The notes under the pieces: generated by a model
Seen by the model: the letters and a program-made list of their open reading frames with translations, nothing else
The model's database searches: none
What the model was told of the DNA's origin: nothing
Made by a program: the position numbers and the translations under genes
Source of the DNA: an uncultured Verrucomicrobiae bacterium
GTDB taxonomy: Bacteria > Verrucomicrobiota > Verrucomicrobiia > Chthoniobacterales > JAFAMB01
DNA length: 64,000 nt
Direction of reading: 5' to 3'
Assembly (NCBI GenBank): GCA_963813025.1
Contig: CAWEXO010000013.1
Span: 192,001 to 256,000 of the forward strand
Part shown: in pieces, positions 19,675 to 29,609 of the stretch
Numbering within the stretch: position 1 is the stretch's first letter
Layout of the letters: every line of letters starts with the position of its first letter

Positions 19675-20946
19675 TTAGGCGGCCAGCGAGGTGCGGACCG
19701 CCTCGAGCGTCCGGTCGAAATCCGTTTCGGTATGTTCCAGGCACAAAAAACCCGCTTCGAACTGTGACGGCGCAAAGTAAACACCGCGCTTTCGGCACCC
19801 ATGAAAAAATCGGCGAAACGCGTCCAGATTGGAACGCTGGGCATCAGCCAGGTTCCAGACGGGATGTTCGCAGAAGAACAGGCAAAACATTGAGCCGATC
19901 CGCTGAAATTGGTAGTCTCTGCCGGACGACCGCAGCAACGCTCGGATGCCGTTCTCAAATTTCTGTCCCAGCTGATCCAGCTTATCATACCCATTCCGGC
20001 GCTCCAGTTCGCTCAACTGGGTCAGTCCCGCAATCATCGCGAGGGGATTACCAGAGAGAGTGCCAGCTTGGTATACCGGACCTTCAGGTGAAAGATAATC
20101 CATGATTTCCGCGCGGCCGCCGAACGCGCCGATCGGGAGACCGCCCCCAATGACTTTACCTAGCGCCGTGAGATCTGGCTCAATGCCGACGATCGACTGA
20201 AATCCGCCTCTGGCCAGGCGAAACCCAGTCATGACCTCATCGAAGATCAAAACGCTGCCTGAAGCCGAACAACCTTTGCGGATTGCTTCGAGAAAGCCTG
20301 GTTTAGGCAAAAACAGACCGGCATTAGCCGGGACCGGTTCGAGAATCACCGCCGCAATGCGACCACCCCATTTCTGAAAGGTGTTATCGAGCGCATCGAA
20401 GTCGTTAAAAGGGATATTGATCGTTAGCGCGGCCAGTTCTTCCGGAACTCCGGCGCTATCGGGATACCCATGAGTCAGAGCGCCGCTTCCCGTCTTCACC
20501 AGCAGCGAATCGACATGTCCATGATAGCAGCCTTCGAACTTCAAAATCATTTTGCGGTTCGTATAGCCACGAGCCAGGCGAATACATGACATCGTGGCCT
20601 CCGTTCCGCTATTTACCATCCGCACCTTTTCGATCGACTTGACCGAGGAGCAGATGATCCGCGCCAGATCAACTTCGAACGGATTAGGGATACCGAAGCT
20701 CAATCCTCGTCCAACAGCGTCGCGGACCGCTTGCACTACCGCGTTCGGTGCGTGACCAAGAATCGCCGGACCCCAGGTGCCGACATAATCGATGTACTCC
20801 CGGCCATCTACATCCCAGATGTGTGCGCCCGCCGCCCGACTGACAAAAAACGGTTCTCCTCCGACGTTGCGAAAGGCTCGCACCGGAGAGTTGACTCCTC
20901 CTGGGATGTAGCGCTTCGCTTCCGTCCATAAGGAGGAGCTGGTCAT
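19675..20946 (-). CDS. hemL: glutamate-1-semialdehyde 2,1-aminomutase
   Basis: PGGVNSPVRAF, NSGTEATM, FDEVMTGFR, GKVIGGGLP, YQAGTLSGNP, PSQFEA. Confidence 0.98.
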   Translation of the reverse strand: MTSSSLWTEAKRYIPGGVNSPVRAFRNVGGEPFFVSRAAGAHIWDVDGREYIDYVGTWGPAILGHAPNAVVQAVRDAVGRGLSFGIPNPFEVDLARIICSSVKSIEKVRMVNSGTEATMSCIRLARGYTNRKMILKFEGCYHGHVDSLLVKTGSGALTHGYPDSAGVPEELAALTINIPFNDFDALDNTFQKWGGRIAAVILEPVPANAGLFLPKPGFLEAIRKGCSASGSVLIFDEVMTGFRLARGGFQSIVGIEPDLTALGKVIGGGLPIGAFGGRAEIMDYLSPEGPVYQAGTLSGNPLAMIAGLTQLSELERRNGYDKLDQLGQKFENGIRALLRSSGRDYQFQRIGSMFCLFFCEHPVWNLADAQRSNLDAFRRFFHGCRKRGVYFAPSQFEAGFLCLEHTETDFDRTLEAVRTSLAA

Positions 20947-21132
20947 CGCTCAAATTATCCGTGGCGGCAGAATCGGCAAGCCAGCCATCCCGCTGCTCCA
21001 CTCACCCGAAAAATCGTTGCAGCTGTCCATCTTCCCGAGCGTCGTTCGTTCGAGATCGAAGCTGAGGCGAGGTTTGCTGAGCAGCCAATTGTCCAGCGAC
21101 CGGGCCTTCCAACACAGAAAGAGGAAATTCCA

Positions 21133-21576
21133 ATGCGATTTATGATGATTGTCAAAGCCAGCAAAGACTCCGAGGCGGGAAAGTTGCCGAAACCTGCCCT
21201 GCTCGAGGCTATGGGTAAATTCAATGAAGAGATGGCCAAAGCCGGTGTCCTGCTTGCCGGAGAGGGATTGCAGGCGAGTTTGCAAGGCGCGCGCGTCCGG
21301 TTTTCTGGAGGAAAACGAACGGTTACCGATGGTCCGTTTATCGAGACAAAGGAACTGATCGCCGGTTTTTGGCTGATTCAGGTGAATTCAAAAGAGGAGG
21401 CGATTCAGTGGGCCATGCGCGCGCCCGCTCCTCACGGTGAGGATCAGGAAGGAGAAATCGAACTTCGCCGCGTATTCGAGGCATCGGATTTTCCTCCAGA
21501 AATTTTTCCGCCCGAAGCCGTCGGCCGCGAGCAAGCCTTGCGGGACGAGCTGGCGCGGAAAGGTGGGAAGACGTAG
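21133..21576 (+). CDS. YciI-like (DGPFxETKE) family protein
   Basis: VTDGPFIETKELIAGFW. Confidence 0.9.
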   Translation: MRFMMIVKASKDSEAGKLPKPALLEAMGKFNEEMAKAGVLLAGEGLQASLQGARVRFSGGKRTVTDGPFIETKELIAGFWLIQVNSKEEAIQWAMRAPAPHGEDQEGEIELRRVFEASDFPPEIFPPEAVGREQALRDELARKGGKT

Positions 21577-21594
21577 AGCAATTGTGCCGGAAAG

Positions 21595-22050
21595 CGGCTC
21601 AAAGAGGACGGCTTCCCGCTTTCCTGTCGGCGTCAGCTCGAAATGGCGTGTCTGCGCGATCGAGGACTGGAGATATAAATTGTGCGGCATGACCGTGGCG
21701 CCAAGAATCCCGATTGCTACATAAAACATCGCGGGATTTCGTAGAATTTCCGGGAAGGAATCGCACCCCAAGCCAATGCCGCTAGGTCGGGCTTCGACAG
21801 AAAGATTTGGATACCGAGGCTTACCGCGATGAGGCCGATCAGCGCGAGTACCAGGGCTTCAATCAGGCGGAACCCTTTACTTTGCAGATACAGAACGGCG
21901 ACCACATCGCAGGCGGTCAAACAAACACCCCAGACCAGAGGCAGTCCGAAGAGCAGATTCAAGGCGATGGCGGAACCGATTACTTCGGCGAGGTCGCAGG
22001 CAGCAATGGCTATTTCGCAACCGATCCAGAGGAGGAAAGTTGACCCATGG
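21595..22050 (-). pseudogene. mntH: internal fragment of an Nramp/MntH metal transporter
   Basis: EIAIAACDLAEVIGSAIALNLLFG and GILGATVMPHNLYL in two frames; both termini missing. Confidence 0.88.
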
Positions 22051-22060
22051 ATGTCAACGC

Positions 22061-22714
22061 CTAATACCGTTCCAACTGCTCCGCCAACAGCGGTAGCAAA
22101 ACTTCCAACCGTTCCGCCAGCCTGGCCGTCAATCCAAGCATGCGACAGCCAAACCTGGCCGCTCGGAGAGCCTCGCCAATGCTCAGTCTTCGGGTCCCGG
22201 TGAATAAGCTCGGTATTTCTTCGTCGACAGTATCTGAGATCATTCGGACGGTGAGAAACGGGATTCGCAGCTGTCGGCCGACTTCCGCCAGGGCAGCCGA
22301 TTCCATATCAATGGCGAGACACCTTGTTTTTCCGCCCAGATCCTTTTTGTCAGCCGACCCGGCGATTTTCGAAATCGCGGCAAATTCTCCAATAGCTTCG
22401 GCCAACCCTGAATGTTTGACGGTCTCCACCAACTCGGCCGACGAGAAATTCGCGGCGGCTACCAGATCGCCCGGACGTAGCAGAGTTCGTGTCGCGCCGG
22501 CAAAACCTGTGTTCAGGAGAAGCGCGGGCGCGAGTTGGCGCACTGTTTCACTGAACCAGTCCAGACGTGTACCGCCAATCCCCACGGCCAATACCGATAC
22601 CTCCGACCCGCCAAACCGGCCCGATACGAGGTGGCGCTGTGACCTGCGCTTCCGGGTCCGCCGGATAACTACCCTGGCCTCCTCGAGAAGCGCAACGGAA
22701 ATGGCCACCATCAA
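22061..22714 (-). CDS. nucleoside phosphorylase-like protein (MTA/SAH nucleosidase/HpnG-like fold)
   Basis: GIGG, TGFAGA, AIDMESAA, RMISD. Confidence 0.7.
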   Translation of the reverse strand: MMVAISVALLEEARVVIRRTRKRRSQRHLVSGRFGGSEVSVLAVGIGGTRLDWFSETVRQLAPALLLNTGFAGATRTLLRPGDLVAAANFSSAELVETVKHSGLAEAIGEFAAISKIAGSADKKDLGGKTRCLAIDMESAALAEVGRQLRIPFLTVRMISDTVDEEIPSLFTGTRRLSIGEALRAARFGCRMLGLTARLAERLEVLLPLLAEQLERY

Positions 22715-22721
22715 TGAGCTT

Positions 22722-22871
22722 AACCACAGATTACACAGATTTTCACAGATTCAGAAGATGTAGGGAAGCACCGTGAAGCCACTATATGGGAATGGTTTCT
22801 CAGCGCGCAGTCGGCTTTTCCGAGATTTTAGCGCCTTCTGAATCGGTGAAAATCTGTGTTAATCTGTGGTT
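22722..22871. repeat. inverted repeat built from CACAGATT units
   Basis: AACCACAGATTACACAGATTTTCACAGATTCAGAAG ... CTTCTGAATCGGTGAAAATCTGTGTTAATCTGTGGTT. Confidence 0.85.
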
Positions 22872-22886
22872 CAATGCTCTTTTTCG

Positions 22887-23333
22887 CTAGCTGGCTGAGG
22901 TCAACCTGACTTCCACAAATACCTCACCGGCCGAGTCTGTCTCTGGTCTTTCTGGAATCGATTTCGAAGGATTTCTCACGGCTTCCATAAAACTCTCTAC
23001 GGCATCTCGAGGAATTTTTGCCAGAACATCCGCGCAGTCGGTCGCTGTCGTGTCGCCTACTGCGGTGCCTCCGAGCCCTATGGCCAGGTTCTTGACTCGG
23101 TCCACCTCCGAACCGAGCGACGCGCCGTCGACCCGGATCTCGATCACTTTGTCGCTCAGCGTGGGCGATCCGAGGCGGTGTTCCGCCGCGCCCTGGAGGT
23201 AATGTTCGATTGGCGCCAGATCCGGCTCGGCAGTAGGCGTCAGGTTGATATTGTGAATAAGGTAGCCGCCGACCGCGCCCATACCTGTTGAGAGCAGCAG
23301 GAAAACTATCCACCGTCGTCCATTCTTAAGCAT
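22887..23333 (-). CDS. hypothetical membrane-anchored protein
   Basis: 148-aa ORF with N-terminal TM segment. Confidence 0.6.
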   Translation of the reverse strand: MLKNGRRWIVFLLLSTGMGAVGGYLIHNINLTPTAEPDLAPIEHYLQGAAEHRLGSPTLSDKVIEIRVDGASLGSEVDRVKNLAIGLGGTAVGDTTATDCADVLAKIPRDAVESFMEAVRNPSKSIPERPETDSAGEVFVEVRLTSAS

Positions 23334-23437
23334 CGGAAATGAGCTTGCCGCCGCCTCTGCAAACTTCTCGTTTACTAAGCGAAGCAGGTCAGCAAGGTTT
23401 ACAGGTCCTAACCTGCATCGGTGAATGGCTAATTCAA

Positions 23438-24445
23438 ATGGAGGCCGAACTCGACGAAGGCAAGATCCTGGTTACCGGGGGGGCCGGGTTTATCGGGAGC
23501 GCGCTGATCTGGGCTCTCAATGTTCAAGGCGTCACTGACATCCTTGTCTGTGATCATCTCGGGACGGATGACAAATGGCGTAACTTAGCGCCGCTGACAT
23601 TTGACGACTTTATTTCAATCGATCACCTGCTTGCGGCAATCGACTCCCGGAGTGGTCGGCTGTCCGAAGTGCGGTGGCTCTTCCATCTGGGAGCTTGCTC
23701 GGCGACGACTGAACGTGATCTCGGATTCCTCCTCCGCAACAACTACGAATACTCGAAGCGATTATGCGAGTGGGCACTACCGCAGAACATTCGATTTGTT
23801 TACGCGTCTTCCGCCGCCACCTATGGCGACGGTTCCGCTGGCATGGCTGATCGCGAGGAAAGTCTGGCGCGCTTGCGTCCGCTTAATGGCTATGGTTACT
23901 CGAAGCATCTATTCGACCTGTACGCGCATCGGCGAGGATACCTGTCATCGATTGTCGGGCTCAAATATTTCAATGTGTTCGGACCGAACGAGTCCCACAA
24001 AGGCGAGCAGCGGAGCTTGGTCAATAAGGCGCTGGACCAGGTGCGGGAGTGCGGCACGATTCAACTCTTCAAGAGTTATCGGCCTGAGTTTCGCGATGGT
24101 GAACAAAAACGGGACTTCCTCTACGTGAAGGACGCGGTCGATATGACCTTGCACCTGGCAACCGCGCGAAATGCCAAAGGCCTGTTCAACCTAGGTTCCG
24201 GGAAAGCGCGCACCTGGCTCGATGCAGCCTCCGCGGTATTTGCGGCTCTCGATCGCAAACCGCGGATCGACTTTATCGAAATGCCGGATGCGCTCCGCGG
24301 GAAATACCAATACTTCACCCAGGCCGATATCGGCAAACTCCGCGACACCGGATATACTGGCCCGCGTTTCAGCCTCGAGTCGGCCGTCGCCGATTACGTC
24401 CAGAACTACTTGCTACCGGGGAAATACCTGGATCCGGCAACCTAG
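23438..24445 (+). CDS. rfaD: ADP-L-glycero-D-manno-heptose 6-epimerase
   Basis: VTGGAGFIGS, HLGACSATTE, YASSAATYG, YGYSK, GKYQYFTQAD. Confidence 0.95.
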   Translation: MEAELDEGKILVTGGAGFIGSALIWALNVQGVTDILVCDHLGTDDKWRNLAPLTFDDFISIDHLLAAIDSRSGRLSEVRWLFHLGACSATTERDLGFLLRNNYEYSKRLCEWALPQNIRFVYASSAATYGDGSAGMADREESLARLRPLNGYGYSKHLFDLYAHRRGYLSSIVGLKYFNVFGPNESHKGEQRSLVNKALDQVRECGTIQLFKSYRPEFRDGEQKRDFLYVKDAVDMTLHLATARNAKGLFNLGSGKARTWLDAASAVFAALDRKPRIDFIEMPDALRGKYQYFTQADIGKLRDTGYTGPRFSLESAVADYVQNYLLPGKYLDPAT

Positions 24446-24771
24446 TGCACCGTCTCATATATACCGATGATGTCGTTGCGTTCAAAATGGGCCGCCGGCA
24501 AGCGGTCCGAGCCGGACTGGCAGTAGGAGGAAGCATATCTGAAGCGATACGTGACCGAGGAGAACGACGCCGCCGGCCCGTTTTCAACGCAACCCTTTGG
24601 GCCGCGGCCAGTTGGCTGTTTTTCGGCGTTGCTTCCGCCAGTCCGGCTCGGACCTCGATCCGTATGAATCCAGATATGGACGCTTCTACTGCCAGTCCGG
24701 CTCGGACCGCCTTGAAAAACAGCCAACTGACCTGCGGCGACATCATCGTTATATATGAGACGGCGCACTAG
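24442..24771 (+). mobile_element. 330-bp non-autonomous MITE-like element, IS630-style ends
   Basis: 34-bp terminal inverted repeats with 2 mismatches, each ending in CTAG; no transposase; partial copies at 9055 and 1825. Confidence 0.85.
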
Positions 24772-24772
24772 G

Positions 24773-24994
24773 CTAGAGCAAGTCGTCCGACAACACACTG
24801 GTCTTTTCCCGCGCACCCAGGATTTTGGCCTGCGCGATTACCAGCTTTGGGTCGTCGTCAAATCTATAGCCGTGGCAGCTCGGACAGGTAGACACTCTCG
24901 CCGTCACGATCGAATCGCACGATTCGCAAACTTTATAAAGATGCGGTTCCGCCGCGATCTTGGCAGCTTTTGCCGCGCGTTCCGCTAAGGACAT
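24773..24994 (-). CDS. small zinc-ribbon-like protein
   Basis: YKVCESCDSIV...CPSCHGYRFD (two CxxC). Confidence 0.75.
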   Translation of the reverse strand: MSLAERAAKAAKIAAEPHLYKVCESCDSIVTARVSTCPSCHGYRFDDDPKLVIAQAKILGAREKTSVLSDDLL

Positions 24995-25078
24995 GCTACA
25001 GTGTCGCCGAGAGCGAGTTTCGTTGCAAGCCGGCTGAGCGACAAAGCATGCCGGTAAGGCGACGCCGGACGGCCAACC

Positions 25079-26062
25079 TCAAGGCGATCCAATTGCCCCT
25101 GAAGCTCCGCCTGCTCGACGGTTTTGCGGCGCGAATTCAGATTCCAGGGAAAGAACGGCCGCGCCGATCACGCCGGCGTCGTTGCCCAAGGTCGCGGGAA
25201 CAACCTCGAGATTTTCGCAAAACGGTCTGGCACACCGGGTTTTGATAGTTCGCCAGACCGGCTCGAACAGCACATCACCGGCGCCGGCCACCCCGCCGCC
25301 CAGCACGATCCGGTGTGGATTGATCAGCCAGATTGCGTTGATCAAACCCACGCCCAGCTTCAGCCCAATGTCGTTCCAGAGCTCGATGGCTAAAGGGTCG
25401 CCGGCGCGCGCCGCCTTTTCCAGTTCTAACGGGCTGGACTCTTCTTCGGACAAGTTTTTTCCCGCCGCCGCATAGATTTCCCTGGCCCTTTCCGAGATGC
25501 GCCAATGACCAATGTAGGCTTCGAGCGCTCCCTTGTTGCCGTAGACAAAATCTTTGCCTTGATAGTCGATCGATGTTTGTCCGATCTCGCCAGCTATCAG
25601 ATCCGCGCCGCGATGAAGCCGGCCGTTGAGGATAAGAGCCCCTCCAATACCGGTGCCGAGCGTAACACAAACAACGGTTGGCAGATTCTGGCCGGCCCCG
25701 AATTTCCATTCCGCGTAAGCCATGGCTTTAGCGTCGTTCTCGATATTGGCCGGCAGCCCGGTCGCGCTCATTATCTGTTCGCGAAGGGAAATGTTCTGCC
25801 AGCCTTTCACGTTGGTCAGATTCAGCACAATGCCCTTCTCTGGGTTCAAAATTCCGGGGAGGCCAAACCCCACGGCCGCGACCTCAGGATGGTCTGATCG
25901 CAGTCGAGTGATTTCCGTTACCATTTCGGCGACCATTGCCGCGACATCGCTGTCCTGGCGGGTCGGCAGCGTGTCGCCTCGCCGAATGATAATCCCATCA
26001 CGAACGACTCCCGTCTTGATGCTGGTACCGCCGAAATCCATTCCGATTGCCGTGGTGTTCAT
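25079..26062 (-). CDS. ROK family sugar kinase (glucokinase-like)
   Basis: DFGGT, ENDA, TLGTGIGG, AGEIG, LGNDAGVIGAA. Confidence 0.92.
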   Translation of the reverse strand: MNTTAIGMDFGGTSIKTGVVRDGIIIRRGDTLPTRQDSDVAAMVAEMVTEITRLRSDHPEVAAVGFGLPGILNPEKGIVLNLTNVKGWQNISLREQIMSATGLPANIENDAKAMAYAEWKFGAGQNLPTVVCVTLGTGIGGALILNGRLHRGADLIAGEIGQTSIDYQGKDFVYGNKGALEAYIGHWRISERAREIYAAAGKNLSEEESSPLELEKAARAGDPLAIELWNDIGLKLGVGLINAIWLINPHRIVLGGGVAGAGDVLFEPVWRTIKTRCARPFCENLEVVPATLGNDAGVIGAAVLSLESEFAPQNRRAGGASGAIGSP

Positions 26063-26793
26063 GCCGGGAAGTTCTGTTGCGCGATTAGTCTCAGTCCATG
26101 GAGAGTGAGGTCCGGATCAACAATTTGCAACTCCGGAAGTTTGGCCGCGATCAATGGGGCGTAGCTGCCCGTCGCGACGATCCGCGCTTTACCATCCAGC
26201 TTGGCCACGATCTCGGTAACGATCTGGCGGACGAGCCCTCGGTATCCGAAGATCGCGCCGGCCAGCATCGCGTGTTTAGTCGATTTACCAATCACGTCAA
26301 GGGGTTCTTCCAGATCGATCCTGGGTAGCAACGCGGTCCGCTGATAGAGGTATTCAGTCATAACACCCAGGCCGGGAGCGATTACCCCTCCGAGATAGTT
26401 TGCCTGCTGCGAAACGATGTCGAAAGTGACCGCGGTTCCGAAATCAACCACGATTGCGGGAGTGCCGTACAGTTTTGTCACCGCGACTGCATTGGCGAGG
26501 CGGTCGGCGCCGATGGTTGCCGGCTCAGGAAAGTCGATACCGATGCCGAGACGAATTTTTGGGGTGAGCTCCATCAGCGGTTGAGGGCAAAACTTCATCA
26601 CGATCGGAGTCTTTTTCGGGACAACCGACCCGAGCAGGACAGAGTCGAATGGCCAGCCTCGAATAGCGCGCTGCAATAAGCTGATAGAAAGCCGGCTGGT
26701 CGGGACGACCTTTTTTTTGAGTAAACTATCAGCATTCGCCAGCGCCAGCTTCGTCGACGTGTTATTCAGGTTGACCAGGAGAAACTGTTTCAT
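26059..26793 (-). CDS. coaX: type III pantothenate kinase
   Basis: SVVP, IGADRLAN, VDFGTAVTFD, GGVIAPG, LTLHGL. Confidence 0.93.
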   Translation of the reverse strand: MKQFLLVNLNNTSTKLALANADSLLKKKVVPTSRLSISLLQRAIRGWPFDSVLLGSVVPKKTPIVMKFCPQPLMELTPKIRLGIGIDFPEPATIGADRLANAVAVTKLYGTPAIVVDFGTAVTFDIVSQQANYLGGVIAPGLGVMTEYLYQRTALLPRIDLEEPLDVIGKSTKHAMLAGAIFGYRGLVRQIVTEIVAKLDGKARIVATGSYAPLIAAKLPELQIVDPDLTLHGLRLIAQQNFPA

Positions 26794-26869
26794 TTGGGAC
26801 AGGAGGACCCATGGGACCGATTCGAATTTTCGCGCTACCGCTTTGCCATCGATAACATTATCTTGACCG

Positions 26870-27859
26870 ATGCTCGAATTGTTCCAGCGGCCTCGCCGGT
26901 TAAGAGGTAACCCATCTCTGCGCGCTCTTGTTCGAGAAACCCGAATCCAGGTCGATCAACTTATCTATCCGCTGTTTATTTCCGAGACGGTTCGGGACCG
27001 GATGGAGATTCCGAGCATGCCGGGAGTGTTTCAATTATCACTGGAGGAGCTGCGGAAAGAAAGCCGGCAAATTCAGCGACTTGGTATCCCGGCGGTCCTG
27101 CTTTTTGGGATACCGGCGGTGAAAGACGAACTTGGGTCGCAAGCCTATGCGCCGAACGGTATCGTGCAACAGGCGGTTCGCGCGCTTCGACGAGAAGCGC
27201 CCAATCTCACGATTATTACCGACGTTTGTCTCTGCGAGTATATGTCGCATGGACACTGCGGTGTGGTGGAGAAAATCGGAGGCCAGTCTCGCATCGCGAA
27301 TGATGCGTCGGTGGAGCTGCTGGCGCGAACGGCGGTCAGTCACGCGGAAGCTGGCGCGACGGTCGTAGCCCCCAGCGACATGATGGATGGAAGGGTGCGC
27401 GCTATCCGGGCCGCGCTTGATGCGCGTGAGCTGCTCAATGTGCCCATCATGAGTTACGCTGCCAAATACAGCTCCGGCTTTTACGGACCGTTCCGCGAAG
27501 CGGCGCAAAGCGCGCCGCAGTTCGGTGACAGGAAGACCTACCAGATGGATCCGGCAAATGCGGCGGAAGCGCTGCGTGAAGTTGCGCTCGATTTAGACGA
27601 AGGGGCCGATCTCCTCATTGTAAAACCTGGTCTTTCCTATCTGGATATACTTTGGCGGATCAAAGAGAAGTTTCAGCGGCCGACCGCCATCTATAATGTT
27701 AGCGGTGAGTATGCCATGGTAAAAGCGGCCGCTGCTCAGCGCTGGTTGGACGAGAGAAATGTTGTGCTGGAGATGATGACTTCCTTTCGCCGAGCCGGAG
27801 CCGATCTGATTATTACCTATTGGGCCAAGGATCTCGCCGGTTGGCTGGCCAATACCTAA
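26870..27859 (+). CDS. hemB: porphobilinogen synthase
   Basis: RPRRLR, DVCLCEYMSHGHCG, APSDMMDG, FYGPFREA, YNVSGEY. Confidence 0.98.
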   Translation: MLELFQRPRRLRGNPSLRALVRETRIQVDQLIYPLFISETVRDRMEIPSMPGVFQLSLEELRKESRQIQRLGIPAVLLFGIPAVKDELGSQAYAPNGIVQQAVRALRREAPNLTIITDVCLCEYMSHGHCGVVEKIGGQSRIANDASVELLARTAVSHAEAGATVVAPSDMMDGRVRAIRAALDARELLNVPIMSYAAKYSSGFYGPFREAAQSAPQFGDRKTYQMDPANAAEALREVALDLDEGADLLIVKPGLSYLDILWRIKEKFQRPTAIYNVSGEYAMVKAAAAQRWLDERNVVLEMMTSFRRAGADLIITYWAKDLAGWLANT

Positions 27860-27901
27860 TTAGCGAGCAACTTCCTCAGCATGAGCGGGTTTTAACGCTG
27901 T

Positions 27902-28423
27902 ATGAAGGTGCACACTCTTCTCAAAACAATTCCAGCCCTCTTGCTGTCGCTCTCGATTTCCGGGACGGCGTTAGCCAAGAAAAAGGCATCCCCCTCCCCC
28001 TCACCAGCTGAGGCTATGGCTTCTCCCTCGCCGAGTCCGGCGGCGGCCGCCGCCGCGACCAGCCCTGCGAGGCGCGGAAGATCACCGGAAGCAACCGCTA
28101 AGAGTATGCTTACTCGACTGAAAAACCAGGTCGGCCTGACGGCTGATCAGGAAAACAAAGCCAGACCGATCGTTGAAAAATACGCCAGCGATCGGGCAGC
28201 TATTCGCGGTGACACTACCCTGGATTCGGCCGCAAAAAAGGCGAAGTTCGAAGCATTAAAGACCCAGTACGACAAGGACATCAACGCTATCCTGACGCCG
28301 GATCAGCAGAAAAAACTGGCGGGCGCGCAAGCCGCGAATCGAGAGCGGCTCCAGGCTGCTCGCGAGAAGCGGAAAGCCGCTGCGGCTGGCGTTGCGTCGC
28401 CGTCCCCAACACCAAAACATTAG
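27902..28423 (+). CDS. secreted helical protein with LTxxQ motifs (Spy/CpxP-like)
   Basis: Signal peptide, SP-rich linker, LTADQ and ILTPDQ motifs. Confidence 0.65.
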   Translation: MKVHTLLKTIPALLLSLSISGTALAKKKASPSPSPAEAMASPSPSPAAAAAATSPARRGRSPEATAKSMLTRLKNQVGLTADQENKARPIVEKYASDRAAIRGDTTLDSAAKKAKFEALKTQYDKDINAILTPDQQKKLAGAQAANRERLQAAREKRKAAAAGVASPSPTPKH

Positions 28424-28444
28424 CGATCTCACGTACTCGTGACG

Positions 28445-28478
28445 AAGCGCCGAGCTTAATCGCCCGGCGCTTTTTTTC
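28445..28478 (+). terminator. rho-independent terminator
   Basis: GCGCCGAGC-TTAATC-GCCCGGCGC stem followed by T7. Confidence 0.8.
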
Positions 28479-28517
28479 TTCTCTTTACAGATTTCGGGCT
28501 GAGCTGATTACGGTCAA

Positions 28518-29492
28518 ATGCTCATGGCGCTAGCGATCCGTAAAGGCTTTGTTCTCGGGGCAGGGCTCGGCTGGCGGCTTCGTCCGCTGACATATCGTTT
28601 GCCAAAACCGTTATTGCCGATTTTCGGTAAGCCGATAATAACCTTTGCTTTGGATCACCTTCGAAGTATCGGAATCAGAGATCTGGCCATCAACACACAC
28701 CATCTCTCCAATTGTTTCGCCGAGTTTTTCTCTAGTGGCGCTTATGGCGATGCCTCGCTTCGGCTGGTGGAGGAAAAGCAATTGCTTGAAACGGGTGGCG
28801 CCATCGAGAACGTCGAAGGCTGGATTGGCAGCGAGCCCGTAATGGTCTACAGCGGCGACCTAGTGAGCGATCTGGCAATCGAGGACTTGGTGAGCAGCCA
28901 TTTCGCGGCGCAGAACGACGTCACGCTGGCTCTGCGGAATACCGGGCTGGCCTCGCCCATCGCTTTCGATCCAAGCCGGCAATTGGTGACGGACATCTTG
29001 GGAACTTTAGCTCGACCGGCCGCGGAAAATCTCGACTTTGCCAATGTGTCGATCTGGAGTCCGGCGATACTGGAGAGAATACCGGCTGGTCAGAAGGTCT
29101 CGCTGGCTCGAGTGCTTGTTTCGTGGATATCGCGCGGAGGCAAAGTGGGTGGAGTCGTACTCGACGAGCATCAGTGGTTCAACATCAGTTCGCGGTCCGA
29201 CTACTTTGCCGTCCATCGCCGGATCGAAGACCTTAAGTGGATCCCGAAGTATCTGGGGGCTGCGTGGCGCACCAGAATTGCCGGTGATGCGGTCATGGAG
29301 GAGGGGGCCGTGCTGGAAGGGGTGAGCTGGGTAGGACCAAATTCCCTGATCGGCCAGGAAGCTTGCCTGCGGGACTGCTTTGTCTGGTCCGATGCGGTTG
29401 TTGCTCCAAAGACGCGCTTGCTGCGTACTATCCTGGCCGGTTCCAGGGTCTGTGGTGAACCTCCCCCGGACCAGGATTTTGGTTTTGCCTAG
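28518..29492 (+). CDS. sugar-phosphate nucleotidyltransferase (MurU-like)
   Basis: GAGLG.RLRPLT..LPKPL, NTHHL, LETGG; adjacent to AmgK-like kinase. Confidence 0.85.
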   Translation: MLMALAIRKGFVLGAGLGWRLRPLTYRLPKPLLPIFGKPIITFALDHLRSIGIRDLAINTHHLSNCFAEFFSSGAYGDASLRLVEEKQLLETGGAIENVEGWIGSEPVMVYSGDLVSDLAIEDLVSSHFAAQNDVTLALRNTGLASPIAFDPSRQLVTDILGTLARPAAENLDFANVSIWSPAILERIPAGQKVSLARVLVSWISRGGKVGGVVLDEHQWFNISSRSDYFAVHRRIEDLKWIPKYLGAAWRTRIAGDAVMEEGAVLEGVSWVGPNSLIGQEACLRDCFVWSDAVVAPKTRLLRTILAGSRVCGEPPPDQDFGFA

Positions 29493-29609
29493 TGAAAGAT
29501 AGCGAGGCCGCGCCCCAGACCGACTAGTCTTTACCGGAAAAAGGTGGCGTGCAGATCTGGCGAACCCTTGTTTGGCGGCCTCGCTGTACACTGCCTTTCT
29601 TTGCACTTT

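Noticed and set aside
16730..20946. Functional link of TMEM14 protein to heme synthesis via nearby hemL
   Set aside because: Separated by unrelated genes on both strands; proximity alone is insufficient
22722..22871. Possible CRISPR array
   Set aside because: Units are 9-10 nt, inverted, without unique spacers; no cas genes in the window
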